Below are positions 43,961 to 58,869 of a DNA stretch of 64,000 nt, piece by piece. Below the pieces are notes generated by a model. That model was given only the letters and a program-made list of their open reading frames with translations. It did not search any database and was not told where the DNA came from. This DNA is from the human T2T-CHM13v2.0 reference genome, Homo sapiens. Made by a program: the position numbers and the translations under genes. How positions within the stretch are numbered: position 1 is the first letter of the stretch; each line of letters starts with the position of its first letter. The DNA lies in the NCBI RefSeq assembly GCF_009914755.1, contig NC_060935.1; one strand, written 5' to 3'.

Positions 43961-44771
43961 CATCCTGCGGAATAAAAATATATACTAGGATAAAATGAGA
44001 TTTTCTCTGTTTAATCAGAATGATTTAAACTTGAAAATGCAAACAGACAAAAAAAACCCCTGAATTTCTGTCTTAATATTATTATGTCCAATTTATAGTT
44101 TGGACATCTTTACAACCATGAAATTTCTCACAGTATTCTTTATTTCCACTCTAAAATTACGGAGAGGTAATGAGTATAATACTCAATGTATTCATTCATA
44201 GTAGGCAATCAAGCAATCGGTTTTCATTTACTTGGTTTGGAAAAGCTATAAAAACCTTTCTTTGTAATCATGGACTAATAATTACAAAAATTGTTTTGTC
44301 TCTGTTTCTATACAATATGCTTACAATTAATATGAATCTTCTGGGCTCAGTTATCCTGCTGTTGAATTCTACAATTTTTGCCTATTTTCTCTTTCCCAGA
44401 GAGTTTATTTTTACTGTATAATACGTTGAGGAAGTATTTTAGTTCATTCTTATAATTTATTTGGTCTTTTCTGCTTTTATGAGTACAATTCAGTTAATAG
44501 TATTTGTTTAAAATGCCTGCTTTAATCTTTTTCAGATATGTCTAGACCAAGTTGATGTCTTTCATAGAGCATATCAACTTTTAATAAACTAATTTAGATA
44601 CTCTGACTTGCTGCCATGATTATATAATAATATTTCCATTATGCATTATACTTTTGTCTATGCTTATGTCTCTACCTGGAAAAGTAAGCTTTGAAAAGCT
44701 CATACTGTGTATTGTTTATTCCCTAAATCTTTGTATCCAAGCATAGTGCATAACAAATAATGGGTTCCCAG

Positions 44772-44864
44772 AAATTTGTTTAGATAATAGTCAGTATATT
44801 ATTCCATTTTAGAACAGTTAAATTTGTTTAGATAATAGTCAGTATATTATTCCATTTTAGAACA
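44772..44864. repeat. Perfect tandem duplication (45 bp identical, period 48)
   Basis: aaatttgtttagataatagtcagtatattattccattttagaaca at 44772-44816 and 44820-44864. Confidence 0.97.
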
Positions 44865-46487
44865 ATTTATTTAATGTAAATTAGTGTGAGTAAATGATGG
44901 TTTAATGTGAATTAAAGTGATGATTATTTTTCAGTTAACTGTAAAATTGAAATATAAAACACAAAAGAACTCAGTGAAAATAAAACCTAAAAATGTAGTT
45001 TAGATTTTCAAGAGTTTTAGAAACTATTTCTTTCAAATGCAAAAACTGGACTGTTGATTTTTGCATTGTTGTTGTTGTCATCTTAACTTCAAAAGCATTA
45101 CTTTGATCAATATTGGCTTTTGAAACAGAGTGCAGAGGTTAACCATAAGTTATAAAGTGGGAAAGGAATGATGACATAGATCTATTTTCTTACTACACAA
45201 AAGAGATTAGAAAAATTTTTTATTGGCTATAAAATGATGGGAAATAAGGCTTATAGACAATGAGCTATATTATACAATCCCCAAATAAGGTAATTTAAGG
45301 GGACATAGGAACTGCATCTGTCTTTTCCTCTGGTATTTTTGGAAGAGTCAGCCTGAAAGAACACACTGCAACAACATGGTTGGCCATATTAGAGTAAAAG
45401 TGCCAAGTAAATAGATGTTGGCAGAGAGAAGGTCGAGAAAGTACCTAAGTTCTACATAGGTTCTGACAGATCACAGAAGACATTTAGTTTGGTTCTGCAT
45501 GTTAAAGTGGAGAACTGAGTGTTACCATCACGTGTCCACCACGTTTTAAGGTGAAGTGACTATACAGCAAGGCTGACACATTAATTAAAGGGTAGGATGT
45601 AAGTGTGAACCTGAAGACCATCAGAAGAAGGATCCAGTATGACAATTTATTCAACAAAGGAAACTGATGAATTCCTAGGAACCATGCTTTTTTTCTGGCT
45701 TCTGCACTGTGATTACTTATGTAATAAAGCAGGCCACTGCAGTGAAATTGTCACAAATAAGATGCTTCTTGTCTGATGCCAAGATCTTATCAGTGCATAA
45801 ATGTTGGATGAGAGTAGGGCTGAGGCAAATGCAAATATTCACTTATAACCTGGGAAGCCAGACATCCCTGTAGAAGAATTTACAAAATCAAACGTAATAG
45901 TCTTTGATGAAAACATCCTCATGAAGAGTTCTTCTTATTTCCTTATGTTGTGTTTCATTTCAGTGTGCCTAATACACTTTCCTTCTAGCAGACATCACTT
46001 GGATCATCTCCATTCTTCACATAAACAAAACCTAAAAACATGAAATATCAAGAATGTCTTAATTTCTTTTCAACCAGGAGACTCCTTTAATCCTATGAAA
46101 ATTTGCCTATTGCTTCTCCAAACACCAGCTCCTTATAACAAAATATATAAATTAAGGCAACTTTTAATGAGTTAAGAATAAGTTCTCTCCCAGTCACCTA
46201 AATGAGTTTGTACGTGCCACATACTTGCATAGCCAAGAGGGCTTACTCAAATGTTATGAAAGAGTGGGAGAAGATTTATCCCACAGTAAATATAACTAAT
46301 TATAAGTTAATTATATTTGATCTCTAGGATCATTGTATTTAATCCTACAATAATAAAGATATTTTGCATTAGCTGCTATCATGAACAATTTCCAAATGCC
46401 AGAGGGATTAATCAAATGAAAGATTATTTCTTATTTATTTATTTTTTCTTACTTTCCCATCTGATGCTAGTGAAGAATCTCTTCTAA

Positions 46488-46802
<315 letters not shown>

Positions 46803-48854
46803 TTTTTAAGAACTTCCAGGCTCCAGAATCCTTCTACTGTGTGGCTTTCTTATCTCAAAATCTTTGCTGCTAACCACTAGTATGGAGGCTAGGTCTTCAA
46901 CCAAGAATCTTGCAAGAAATTCTAAGGGCCAAGAGAAAAGTTGGGTGTATCATCACTTTCTACATTCTGTCTGCATCCAGAACTAGTTATAGTGTACCAA
47001 TTTAATTACATAGAATTGTGGAAAATGTAATCTTCCTGTATACACTGCAAGAGAAAACAAAATTGATGAGAATCTATGCAATCATTTTACCAAAACTCCA
47101 CACATTCTAACTTTGCCACATGCTGGGTCAGGATAGATTGCTTCTCCTTGGAGGATTAGTCATGTAATTAACAAAAATGTTTGTGGGAGTTCATTGAAAG
47201 ATACTGAAAAAGAGGGGAAAGTGAGCATTGTTCTGAATACTAGAAGTCTTGTTTTAGCATGAAAAGCAAACAAAGTATTAGACTACTATTTTTGAATCTA
47301 AATAGAATGCTATGTGCTATCGCGTCTATCAAACAAGAGCAGAAGATCTCAAGAGAGCCTACTCTATGATTTGCCAAGGATAAAAAAAAAATACTATTTT
47401 TTTCTAAAAAATAAATACCCTTGCTTTTCTTTTCTCTTTATCCTTTATTGCATTTGTACAATTGATTACTTTCTTTCCGTTTGGAGTTTTCTAGATTTAG
47501 AGACACTTCTTTCAGGCCATACAAGTGCCAAATGCTGTCTTTTTAGTCAACTTGCTAAATTACAGGTAACTCAGCCAAAAAGTAGTTTAAGTGGCATTCA
47601 GGTGAGTTTGCATTACTCTAGAGAGTCATGTAACTGGATAAAAATCAGCCTTCAAATGCAATAGAGCGTTATTTATTCTGGTATATAAGCATGTAAACAT
47701 GACAAAGTGAAGCTGTTAAAACAATGAACTATGATTCCCCTAAAGATTTAGAGCACCATTTAGTATTTTACAGCACCAGGCTTACTCTTAACAGTATCTG
47801 ATTTTGTCATATATATATTTTAACTTCTCATTCTCTCTAGTGGTTCCTGGCTTTAAGGAATCTCAGCATTGCTTTATTTGCTAATACTGACACCTGTGAT
47901 TAATGAAGGCTTAATATCTGAGATAATTTGTTGTCACTTGGAGTCCCTATTAAATTATAGAGTCTATGTATTATTTTAACATAACAGGGATATGACTAAG
48001 GTAATATTTATGAATTGTGAAGCAAGATATCCATTCTGTAGCGTGGAGTCTGCCAGGAGTTGGTACACCATAGAAAGAATTCAGGAAAGTACAGATGTTA
48101 TCATATTCCTACTGCAGACCTCTTGCAGGGAGAATGTGGGAGAGCAAGTGATGAAAGAGCAAAAGTGAGAGTGAAAGTGAGAGGGAAAGACAGACAGAGA
48201 GAGACAAAGAGAGGGATTGAATGTAAAATAGGAAAACATTTAAAAAAGGAAGATAAATACTTTTGCATATTATGGGGGATTGAAACAAGTGCCTTGATCT
48301 TAAATTTTAATGTTTAACATCCATTTAACTCTTTTATTATATCTGGACATATTCACCCCTAGAATTCAGACACGTTATTTCACTTCTTAGATTTCTTATT
48401 TAGTAATATGATGACTTCACAGAAACAGAATTACTAAGTTTTATTTCAAAAATGTATTGGGGACTTATATTTAATATGCTTATACCTTACAAATAATAAT
48501 GTCATTCTGTGATATTAATTAGTCTTAATAATATTATAAGAAAGAAGTGCTAAATTTGACAATTATTCAGACAATTATTCACCAATTTTGACCAACTCAA
48601 GAAGCATAATTTAGGTGTTCATCATTTGGACATTAAGTTATTACATAATTTTTTTTCTCCACACCATGATTCTGTAGTTTATTACATAAATTCATTATTG
48701 AGGGAGAACAAAGTAATCTGCTTACAAACATAATTTTTATTTGACCATAAAGTCCATACATAATTATTTAGTGGAGAATACCAGTGTCTCACAATTCACT
48801 TTTAGTGTACTCTTCTTACTTTGTAAATATGCAGTCAAATAATAGATTATTTTT

Positions 48855-50700
48855 CAGTGTGCGTTCCTCAGAAATTGTAGCCTGAGACAAAGTGCTTAGT
48901 TACTGTTACTTATTAGGTAGTGTGATCCCAGTGAGTAGAAGTGAGGCTCAGAAGGTGAAGTAGGTTAGGAGGGACAGCCAACATGAGGCTGTATTAGCAA
49001 GCTGCCTGCTGATTGCATGATGCCTTAGGATGTCCCCAAAGAAACCAGAAATTTACCGCTTCTCAGTTTATATGGGATGGCCACCATGTGGTGAGTGAGG
49101 TGGAACAGTTTATCCATGGTTTCCTATCTCTCATTGATAAAAGTTTTGCTCCACTGGGTGTTAACTCCCAAATACTTCTGAGTCCCATGGAGCCATCCTT
49201 AGGGAATCCTCTGGGCAGGAGCTGCAGGCATGAGGCACAGTTGTTGAAGTTGCCCTTGTGTGGGGTTACTCAGAGCTCACCGAGATCTAACCACTATTGG
49301 GACAGCTAAAACAGAATACTGGTAAGGCCTGGGAGAGCTCAAGTTGCATATGTGGGAAGAATACTATATTCCAGATAGCACAGCACGGATACGCTACTGC
49401 CCTCCACAGCTGGCTTCCATACTGTAATCTGGGGTCTCCATAGTTGTGAGAACAATGTACTCCTTTAGTTTCCAAGCAAAGAAGGGGATATTGGGGATAC
49501 AAATTCAATCAATCATTCCCATGTATTTGTTAGGCCGTGTTGGCTGGAATTCCCATATAGTGGTTCAGCAGGCCAGGCAGGGTAGTGCTAAGAGTTGTGC
49601 CAGAGAATTCCCTGGGTTCCAGTCTTTCTCCTTATTCCTATTTTCTTGTCTTCAGAGCAACAAGGCTAGTTTTCATAGTAATAAGATTGCTAACATACTG
49701 TCAAAACGGACTAAAGGCGAATTGATTATATTCGGAGGTTAATGATCAGAGGAATCCTTATTGACTCCCGGTGGAAGTATTTATTCCCTAGTAAGCAGAC
49801 CTCTAGCATAGAAGAGCCTGAGATTTCCAGAGTAGGAGACACACAAATTTCACAAGGTGGATACTGACAGTTAAGGTAGGAGGGACCAATCCTGTTTCTA
49901 CCCATTGTTTCTGAGACAATATGCTATTGGGATTATATTAATTAATGATTCATCGAATATACATCCAGAAGCATAGCATTTCAATTCTGTTGCATATTTC
50001 CTTGAGAAGGACTCTTAACTGAGGCTTTACCAGGCCAATTATCTAACTATTAGGCTGACTGTCTCAATGAGGAACATGAAATCACCAGTACATTTTGCGT
50101 TCATGTGCCTATGATCATAGCTGCTTTGTCAGAAAATGGTTCCCTTGGTCTAATGCAGTGCCATGTGGTATTGCATATTAAAAGATAAAATATTTTGTAA
50201 GTCCTTGGATGGTGGTGCAAGTAGGAATCACAGGAAGGAAAGATAAATCATTATCCTGAAGAGGTTTTAAGCTGTTAAAGAGCTGTCCCAACCTGGGTAG
50301 AAGAAGTCATATAACCAACCTGAAGCCTGATTCCTGCAAGGAATTGTGCTCTGTTGAAGGCTCATTTTTAGTGTCTGTTGTTGGAAATTCAGAACACCAA
50401 GCAGTGCAGTAGATACATTATCTTTGTTGAGGGGAGCCATCTGTTGGGTTCACGCTATTCCTGCCAACAAAGATACTTTGTTCATGGCCCATTGTTCAAA
50501 CATTGCAGGATGGGTGGGGTGAAGACATGTTGGCTGACATTTATGTGACGGGTCATGTTCATTCTTCGTTAAAAGTCTCCTCTGTAAGTTGATGCTCTCT
50601 GGTGATCATTATGAAAAACAAAGATCTACATATTTTGTGACAATAGCCATATCAATTACCTCTTTAATAGACCTTACTCCCAATCTTCCAATCTTGCTTC
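48855..50700 (-). mobile_element. LTR16-like LTR plus degenerate ERVL-class internal sequence
   Basis: gttcctcagaaa...cctgagacaaag...gtgatcccag LTR16-type start, followed by GC-elevated ERVL-like internal sequence; no intact ORF. Confidence 0.55.
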
Positions 50701-50935
50701 CTTCAGGCCTTTAAACTGGAAGAATTTATTTTTTCTTTCTCAGGAATCCAAGCTCATGTTTACCTCAGCATTCTTTTTTCTTTGTAGCTTTTTGTGATGA
50801 CTAATATAACATATTCATATGCTAAAATCTTCTGAAAAGATATACCTCAAAGGAAGGTGATTAGTGCTATAGCGCTGTGATAGTTGAGAATCTAGTTTAT
50901 TATTACTATTAATTTTAAAATTTGGTTTGGTTCTG

Positions 50936-51469
50936 TGTAGGGGAGAAAAAGTAAGATCTTTTCCTTACCCATTGCAAGGGTCATTGCTGAGACCCCTATA
51001 ACCAAAAGACACATTAACAAGATAAAAACATAACAAATTCATTCAATGTCATGTTTACATGACACAGGTTATTCAAAATGAAGACTCAAAGAAACAGGAA
51101 AAGCTGTATATTTTTATGCTTGGATTTGAGGAAGGGGAGCCAGGCATGCAGAACTGTGAATGAACAAAATGGATATGGTCTAATGGTAATAAAATGAAGA
51201 GGGGACACCGTGAGGACCGTTTGTTCAGATTCTTCTTGGCATCTTTATGTCTTCAGTTCAGAGATGAGGACATGTTTTTCTCTGGGAACAGGAAGAGTCC
51301 CTCTGGAATGAGTAACTTATGGACTCCTTTAAAGGAAGGTCAGATAATTCTTTAATGGTTTGTTTCAGGGGAGAAATGCAGGAGACTGTTTGAAAGACCT
51401 TCCTGCTTCTACTGCTACCTCAAATGCCCAGGCACCATATTTTGAGATAGCATGTCCTGAACCCCATCG
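50936..51469 (-). mobile_element. MER31-like ERV1 LTR
   Basis: gaccttcctgcttct...ctcaaatgcccaggcaccatattttgagatagcatgtcctgaaccccatc. Confidence 0.7.
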
Positions 51470-53426
51470 CTTTGTTTGTATTTTTAACTTATATTTTAAC
51501 TTATATAGTTGATGATATTTAAGTTTTACAAAAATTATCTGAAATAGTTAAGTTTGTTTCTTTCTTTTTGAAGACAAAATCGCCTAAAGAATGTGTTGGA
51601 ATTCAAAGTTGGTTTAAGTCACAGTTTCAAAAGGTGAAGTCAGCATAATGATTACAATTAATCTTAGTAAATGCTAAAGCAGTGTATAAAGTACTTTTAT
51701 TTGGGCTCATTTCATGCACCCAACGAACAACTCTAATAAATGCCATGTGTATTTTCATTTTATAGGTCAGTTATTGAGTATCGATAATTCTATACCTTTT
51801 GCCATAATGAGCAGTAGCTCAAGCCAATGCTGTCTAATTCCAAATCTTGAAAATAAATTAAGTTTATAAATTCAGTTAGCAAATATTAATGGAGAAACTT
51901 AAGTGACAGAGATACAGCAGTGACTCAAACAAATTCCGGTTCTAGTGCAGATTCAAAAAAACAAATACATATATAATATGATATGAGTAAAATTAAATGT
52001 TAAGAAGAAAAGGCAGGGTAAAGGGATAGACATTAGCAGAGGAGGATTGAGGTGTTCAAGGAAGTTCCACCTGAGCAAATGTCATTTGAGCAAACGATTG
52101 GTCCATGTATTTTTTAACAAATAGAAAGTTAAAGGATTTACTTACCTTACATGTGCTCTGTAACTCTCATTATTATAAATACAATATTTAAATTTCTATA
52201 AGATTTTACCAAGATTTACTAAAGGTAGTAAACTTCAAAAGCAATCTATATAGTCATGTAGAATTGGAATTAAAATTAAATTTAATAACTTTAAATTCTA
52301 TACTCATTCTGATATTGGTAGCTACCGATTTTATTAATCTTCTGTTAATCATTTATTATACGAAAAAGAAATATTGCAGAAAGTTGTTTTCCTGAGAATT
52401 AAAATCTATAGAGATGCCTCCACATTTATTTAATTTTGGTGTAGTACCACTCTGAGACATTCATGTCAGAGCTTTCGAATTCTCCCCTGGATCTGATGGA
52501 ACTCACTCCGTAGTAATCGACCAAATTTAGAAGTAATCAACTCCATGTGGCAAACCAAAGCCCAGATGGAATGCCTCTTAATCTTTAGATTAATGTGTCT
52601 ACTCAGCATTTAAGGTGTAACTCCAAAATAATGGAGTTGCAATACCCTTTTACTTTCTCACCAGGCTATATTAAGCTACGAGACCTAAAACAGATTTAAT
52701 CCTAAAATATATCCATTTGTCTAACATATTTAATAGCAAGGCTAAATCCTTTGAACTGTATACCTTTTATCCTTATTGGGATAAATAATTGCTTCACAAA
52801 ATACTAACAGTTTTTAGATATTGAATTTAAAAGGTGAAGAAAATCTTGTTACTTTCTTGTAATGGGGTCCAGGAAGCTGATGTAACTTTAATGCCTGAAG
52901 AAAAACACTGTAGGGAAAAAAAGTCTACTCTGGAAATAAAAGTTTTACATAGATTTTCCCAGGCTATTAGCCCTGGACAGTCTGTGATAATTAGCTTACC
53001 ACAGATGACTATGGTGAGGAGTCACATGCTTTCTTATATAGCTGAACGAGTGCAGGCTAACCAAGCTGACGGGCATGCCCTCATTTTTAGCTCCAAGTAA
53101 AGGTGTCGTTTGATTTTCCAGTGCTGTATAATTATTGTTTCTTCCCAGGATATTAATCTTGACCTTAGGGAACTGGAGTTTTAAATGAAAGCCTACTTTT
53201 AAAAGTGATAGAACAGTATCTGTTCATTTTTTTCACACATTTTAAAAGACATCAGATTCTTGCTCATATTTTGTTACAATTAATTATAATTGGTGCAAAG
53301 GTAGTCATTTTCCAATATAAACTTTTATAGATAAAATCAAAAACACTAAAAAGTGTTGATACAGGGTCTTAATATTTTTAAATTACCACACATGTATCTC
53401 TCCAATACCTTTATTTAAATCACCCC

Positions 53427-53726
<300 letters not shown>

Positions 53727-54039
53727 ATCATCCCTTCATATATTGCTAAAACTAAGCCATTTGCCGTGTACATATCTTATGAGATATGGCGCTTTCTGGA
53801 ATTAGCAAGTCTTTGTTATGGCCCACTCACATAGAAAGTCAGAAAGAGAAATAGCAGTTTTCATGGCTTCTGAGTAGGCCTTTCAGAGCATCAACTCCAA
53901 TTTTGTAAGAGAAAATATATACCAAAGTCACACTAGCACATGCATAAAGGCCATGGTGTATCATGCGATGAAGATTGCATTCTTCCCTGAATGTAATGAA
54001 GGCTTTCTGGAAGTAGAGAGCTTTATCCTTTAAAAAAGC

Positions 54040-54780
54040 CACTTTGATAGCAGGGTAGAGAATAAATTACGGAAGGGGGAGTGTTTTAATCCAGAAGAGC
54101 AATTGAGAGGATGGTGTACAAATCTAGAAAATAATTAGAGAAGGGTTAATCTAAGGTAGTAAGAAGTGCAGAGCGAGACTTGAAAGATAGAAGATAAAAC
54201 CAATATAATATGGTGACTGGGTTGGGAGACTGAGAAAGAAGAAAATGTTTAGTTTATTGGCTTGGGTGACTGAGTGGATGAATGCACCACTTACTGACAT
54301 GGGAATTATGTATTGAAGGAAAGAAGAGCAATGTGGGAAAGGGTACACATTTTTGTTTAAGCACATTAATTTAAAATGTCTATGGTATATCCAAGTGTAA
54401 ATGTTTTGTGAACTGTTGAGTATCTTAGAGTACAATAAGCTGAGATAGAGATTAGGAGTCAGTGATTCTTTATACATGCTTATTAAATCACAATAATAGA
54501 AGTAATCATGCATCTATTTTTGATAGAGAAGCGTGACGAGGACTGAGGTCACACTCTGTGAAGTTTAACGTTTAAGTGATGTGTCAAAGACTAGGAACCC
54601 ATGAAAAATGATTTATTTTATTTATTTATTTGAGACAGAGTCTCGTTCTGTCGCCAGGCTGGAGTGCAGTGGCCAGATCTCGGCTCACTGCAGTGAAAAT
54701 GATTTTTTTAAGTGGTCAGAAAGGTAGGATGAAATGTAAAATGCTTTGACCTCATAAATCTAAGGAGAAGAATGTTTTTC
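54040..54780 (-). mobile_element. L2 LINE fragment
   Basis: ggcttgggtgactgagtggatg...caccacttactgacatggga...tatccaagtg...gatagagattaggagtca. Confidence 0.7.
54612..54692 (-). mobile_element. Severely 5'-truncated Alu (AluSc-like)
   Basis: (TTTA)n plus tgagacagagtctcgttctgtcgccaggctggagtgcagtgg...ctcactgca; TSD tgaaaa(a)tgattt on both sides. Confidence 0.93.
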
Positions 54781-55259
54781 ACCATCTCATTTTTAATATA
54801 GTACTTGACATATTAAAAATGTCTTGAAAGAAATACAGTTCAACTGTCAGGTCTTACCTAATGTAAGTTTCCTATAAAGTATATGGGAACAGCAAATGGG
54901 AACATTTGTAAAGGCATACACATAATTCCCAGATAGATAGATCAGTGGCTGTCTAGCAAGAGGCTGAGGAAACAAAATGCAGGCATTAAACAAATTCTGC
55001 CTCTCTACTACTTAAAATCATGTAAGATAGTCCAGATGATGTATTTGAGTGAAAGATGCATAGCAATCTCTGTGAAGTTGTTAGGATGCCTTCTCAAGAG
55101 GTGGTAAGTAACTGGGGTTGGATGTTGTGAAAACACTCTCCATTCATAAATAACTATGGATTTTCATACGTTTTCAGCCTGTGTAAAGTCAACCCTAAAT
55201 GTAGACCTCTGCTAGTCATAATTCAAAGGAAAGAAAAATAGAGAGAAGCAAAACATACT

Positions 55260-55470
55260 GGTTAAATAAATTAGGCTTTTAATATCGTCGGCCAGAATTC
55301 AAGTATACACTTCCAGCGCTTCCTAGTTGTTTGATTTTATTCTCATAGAGCTTAATTTACTCATCTGTGAAATGTAGATGTTAGCACTTCCTATATCACA
55401 GCCTTGAGGATTGAAAGAGAAAATATTTGTAAAGTGTGTTAAACAGGGCATACCACATGAAAGCATTCTA
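55260..55470 (+). mobile_element. MIR SINE
   Basis: cttaatttactcatctgtgaaatg...tgaggattgaaagagaaaatatttgtaaagtg. Confidence 0.7.
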
Positions 55471-56939
55471 AAAAAGAAGTAACTTATACCAATAATTAGA
55501 GACCCAAAAGAGAAAAATATAACAATCCCAGATGGGAAAAATATTAACTTAATGCTGGTCTGTGAAATTTTATGGAAACAGGTTATTTAGTAAACCCGTA
55601 TGTTTCTAAAAACCTAATAAACTAGGGAGAAATAGATTGCTTTGATGAGTTAGATGTCTTGATAAAACTAGTCAGAAGCCATTTGTGAGAACAGACAAGG
55701 GAACACTGCCTTTGATGTAAGTTCTGGCTGTTAAGAAGAAAAAATGCTCACAGCTGAAGCCACAAAAAAGCTAGTAACCCAGATAGAAAATTCCCCTTTT
55801 CTGTAGGAACTTAGTAGTGGCAAAACCCAGAAAGAAAACTTATTTCTAGCTCTCCAAGAAAGGGCAGTAATAACATGGGCCAGGACAACTAAACAAAACT
55901 AGCAAACAAAAAGGGAGGAAACAAACGAATAAAAACAGAATATTCAAAAAGAGTTGAATGACATACATGTAGCTCAACTCAATATATAATCCTAAGATTA
56001 TGAGCTTGAAAATAAACTCTGCTAGATATTCATTGTTTGAAATTGGAGACTTCTTCCTGCCACTGTAAAAGATGGGATGTACCTGACAGATTACAGGTAC
56101 AGTGAAAATGTGAAGAGAATATATTACTGAATAAGGAAAATGGGGACATACTAGGAATCATCGTTTTCACATCAGAAAACTGCTTGTTAAATACACTACT
56201 GATAGGTTCAGAAATTTACCTAGGAAATTAAGTCTCCAGGTGAGACTTGTTTAGGGTAAATTCCAAAGTGTTCCAAAGGCCATCAAAGTTCTAATCATCA
56301 GACAATTTTTTCTAGAGTTGATTTTGACCAGAGATATCATTTTCTACATGTTAGCTACTGTGTGTTCAGGCGTATAGTCTTGCCAATTTTATACATGCTG
56401 CCAAGTAACATCTTTATGGTTACCTAATGGGTCCCCATAGAGCTACAGTGAGTTTAGAGGCTGAGAGACAATAGGTTACATTTTCCATGTCTTTTTGTCA
56501 TTTTTGTTGCTTTTCTCTAATTTCTTTCAAAATAGTGATCTCTAAACAGTATTGATTTTTATAATAAGTATAATGTGTAATAAATGTACTGCATTTTTTA
56601 TAGCTCTAAATAGCATTATCGCAGTTCAGTGTAAAGTCAGTGTGTCATTTGTTGCTATAGTTTTCGACCTCCCATCTCTGGTTTATCTATTCATTACCAC
56701 AGTTAACTTGTTAGTCACAGCTTTTATTAGCTTGATTCTGAGTTATTGTAATTGTTTCCAACTAATTTTTTTATTCTAATTCATTCTACAAAAATCTAGG
56801 TAATTTTTCTTAAGCAATTCTCATTGTGTTAATTCCTCCATTTTCCTCTCCCTAACTAGCATCAATGTTCCCTTTTTCCCAAACTTTCCTTTGAGAATTT
56901 CCTCCCCACTCCCACCCACCTCCACAGTATTCAGATACG

Positions 56940-57430
56940 GAGTTTGAATAAGTTTGGTTTCCTGCCAATGATATACAAATAGGCTCTGATCTGTGGAAGC
57001 CAACCATTATATCTCATACCTGTGTCACCAGTGAGGGGTTTAAGAATGAATACATAAGGTATTAGGGAAAAATGATGCCTCAGTTTGTAGTTAGGGCTTC
57101 TGGGAAAAATCTTCCTTCTTCCCTTGAAGGAGGTAAAAGAAATAATTTTTCTTCTTGTGCACATTGCAGTGAGAGTGTGTGAGATCCAAAACCATTGCAG
57201 CCATTTTTGTAATTAGGGAAACTAATTTTAGGATGAAACTGACACAACTGAGTAAGGAGATCTAGGAGATGGAGGTTTGTTTGGTATAGCAAAATTCCAG
57301 CGATGTCATGATAAAGGCAGCTCTACCTCTGATGTTTGCAATCACATGAGCCAATACATCCCCTTGTTGGCTTAAAGCACTATTGAGTTACTGCTTTCTT
57401 TCTCAATCAAAAGCATTTTATCAGATAGAA
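56940..57430 (+). mobile_element. MLT1 (K/L-like) MaLR LTR
   Basis: gggcttctgggaaaa...ttgcagccattttt...cacatgagccaatacatcccctt...caaaagcatt. Confidence 0.6.
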
Positions 57431-57592
57431 GATATTTTTGGTCAGTGATATCATATCTAAATTTTGTCACTGCTACTTTGAATTCTATTCCTACTGAGAT
57501 AGTTAACACCCCACTATTCCCAAATTGGAATGTGAACTGTTTCCTAGTAATTTCTGTTCTTCATGAATTTTTAACAAAAATGTTATACCTAG

Positions 57593-57953
57593 TGCTATGG
57601 TTTGAATGTGTCCCCTCCAAAATTCAAATGTTCCCAGTGTGATAGTATGTAGACGTGAGGATTTAGGAGGTTATAAGGCCATGAGGACTTCTCCCTCATG
57701 AATAAGATTAAGGCCCTTAAGAAAGCATTTGCATGCAGCGTTCAGTCTCTTGCCCTTCTGCCTACTGTCATGTGAAGATGCAGCCTCCCTCCCTTCCATA
57801 GGATGCAGCCCTCACCGGACAACTGAACCTGCTGGTGCCTTGGTCTTGTGCGTCCCGGCCTCCAGAACCACGAGAAATCAATTTCTGTTCTTTATAAATT
57901 ACCCAGTCTCAGGTATCTGTATCCTGTTATAGCAGAACAAATGGACTAAGACA
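57593..57953 (+). mobile_element. MSTC/D-like MaLR solo LTR
   Basis: tgctatggtttgaatgtgtcccctccaaaattc...ggactaagaca; perfect TSD cctag at 57588-57592 and 57954-57958. Confidence 0.93.
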
Positions 57954-58485
57954 CCTAGTTAGTATCCATGTTGTCTCATAAAAATTCTACACGAGTTGTT
58001 GACAAAAATTTATTTATTCTAACAATTTTGAAAATGTTAGTCAACTCAATTTTGATATTTATTTGACACATGTCATATTTCCTTTTGCTGACGATGAGAT
58101 ATTTATAATGTTTAATCAATTGAACAGTTATATTTTTCAGGCCATATTGTTTTCTGTTTTTGATGTGTTTCCTATGAAATTCATGTCACAACATAAATAA
58201 AATCCTACCTCTTTCTTTATGTATTGGGTGCCATAGAAAAAGTTAGACTTACTTAAAAAATATAGGCTTTGGCAAGAGTATTTATGACTACTATTCTGTA
58301 TCATGTGCTTATTTTTGACTTTGAAAAAGAATGGCAAAAAAATGGCTGGTTTCAAATATTTCACCATGTTGAGTTCTGGGTTGTAGCTTCCAATGAAATG
58401 GGGATCTGAAAGTTGGAGAAGAGTGAAAATAGTGTAATGACTATAGGAGTAGATTTGTTTGATAATGAAAAAACACACTCAAATA

Positions 58486-58525
58486 TTAGGCTGGCGCAAA
58501 AGTAATTGTGATTTTTGCCACTGAA
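58486..58525. mobile_element. MADE1 mariner MITE (half)
   Basis: ttaggctggcgcaaaagtaattgtgatttttgcca matches the MADE1 terminal inverted repeat. Confidence 0.8.
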
Positions 58526-58869
58526 AGTATTACAAATTATTGCTGATCTTGATCTTATATCAAAATCCTGAGAGTTTGTTTATATGCAGTGATAGTAACT
58601 CAAAGCATTTGAACAAATGGATTAACCTCTCTTTTAAGGCACTCAAATTAATTCCAATGATACCTTTAAAAAAAGTTGTAAAGCTAACACATTTGTTTTA
58701 ATGGAAGATAAACAAATGAGATCTGAAGAGCTTAAAATGGAAAAAATATTTTTTTCTAAACTCTCGTTTCTATTTTTCAGAGTCCTTGTATATTTCCAGA
58801 AAAATGTTTATACCTACCCAAAAGTTTATCAATTTCCTTTTTCTTTCCTTTCTTTCTTTTCTTTTTTCT

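Noticed and set aside
44095-44340. 3'-UTR-like stretch with minus-strand AATAAA, suspected processed-pseudogene fragment
   Set aside because: No poly-A tail or clear TSD, and I cannot identify a source; would need BLAST.
49013-49742. ORFs in the ERVL-like region
   Set aside because: Short, with no intact gag/pol motifs; decayed retroviral sequence.
58486-58525. miR-548-like precursor from MADE1
   Set aside because: Only one TIR half is present, so the hairpin cannot form.
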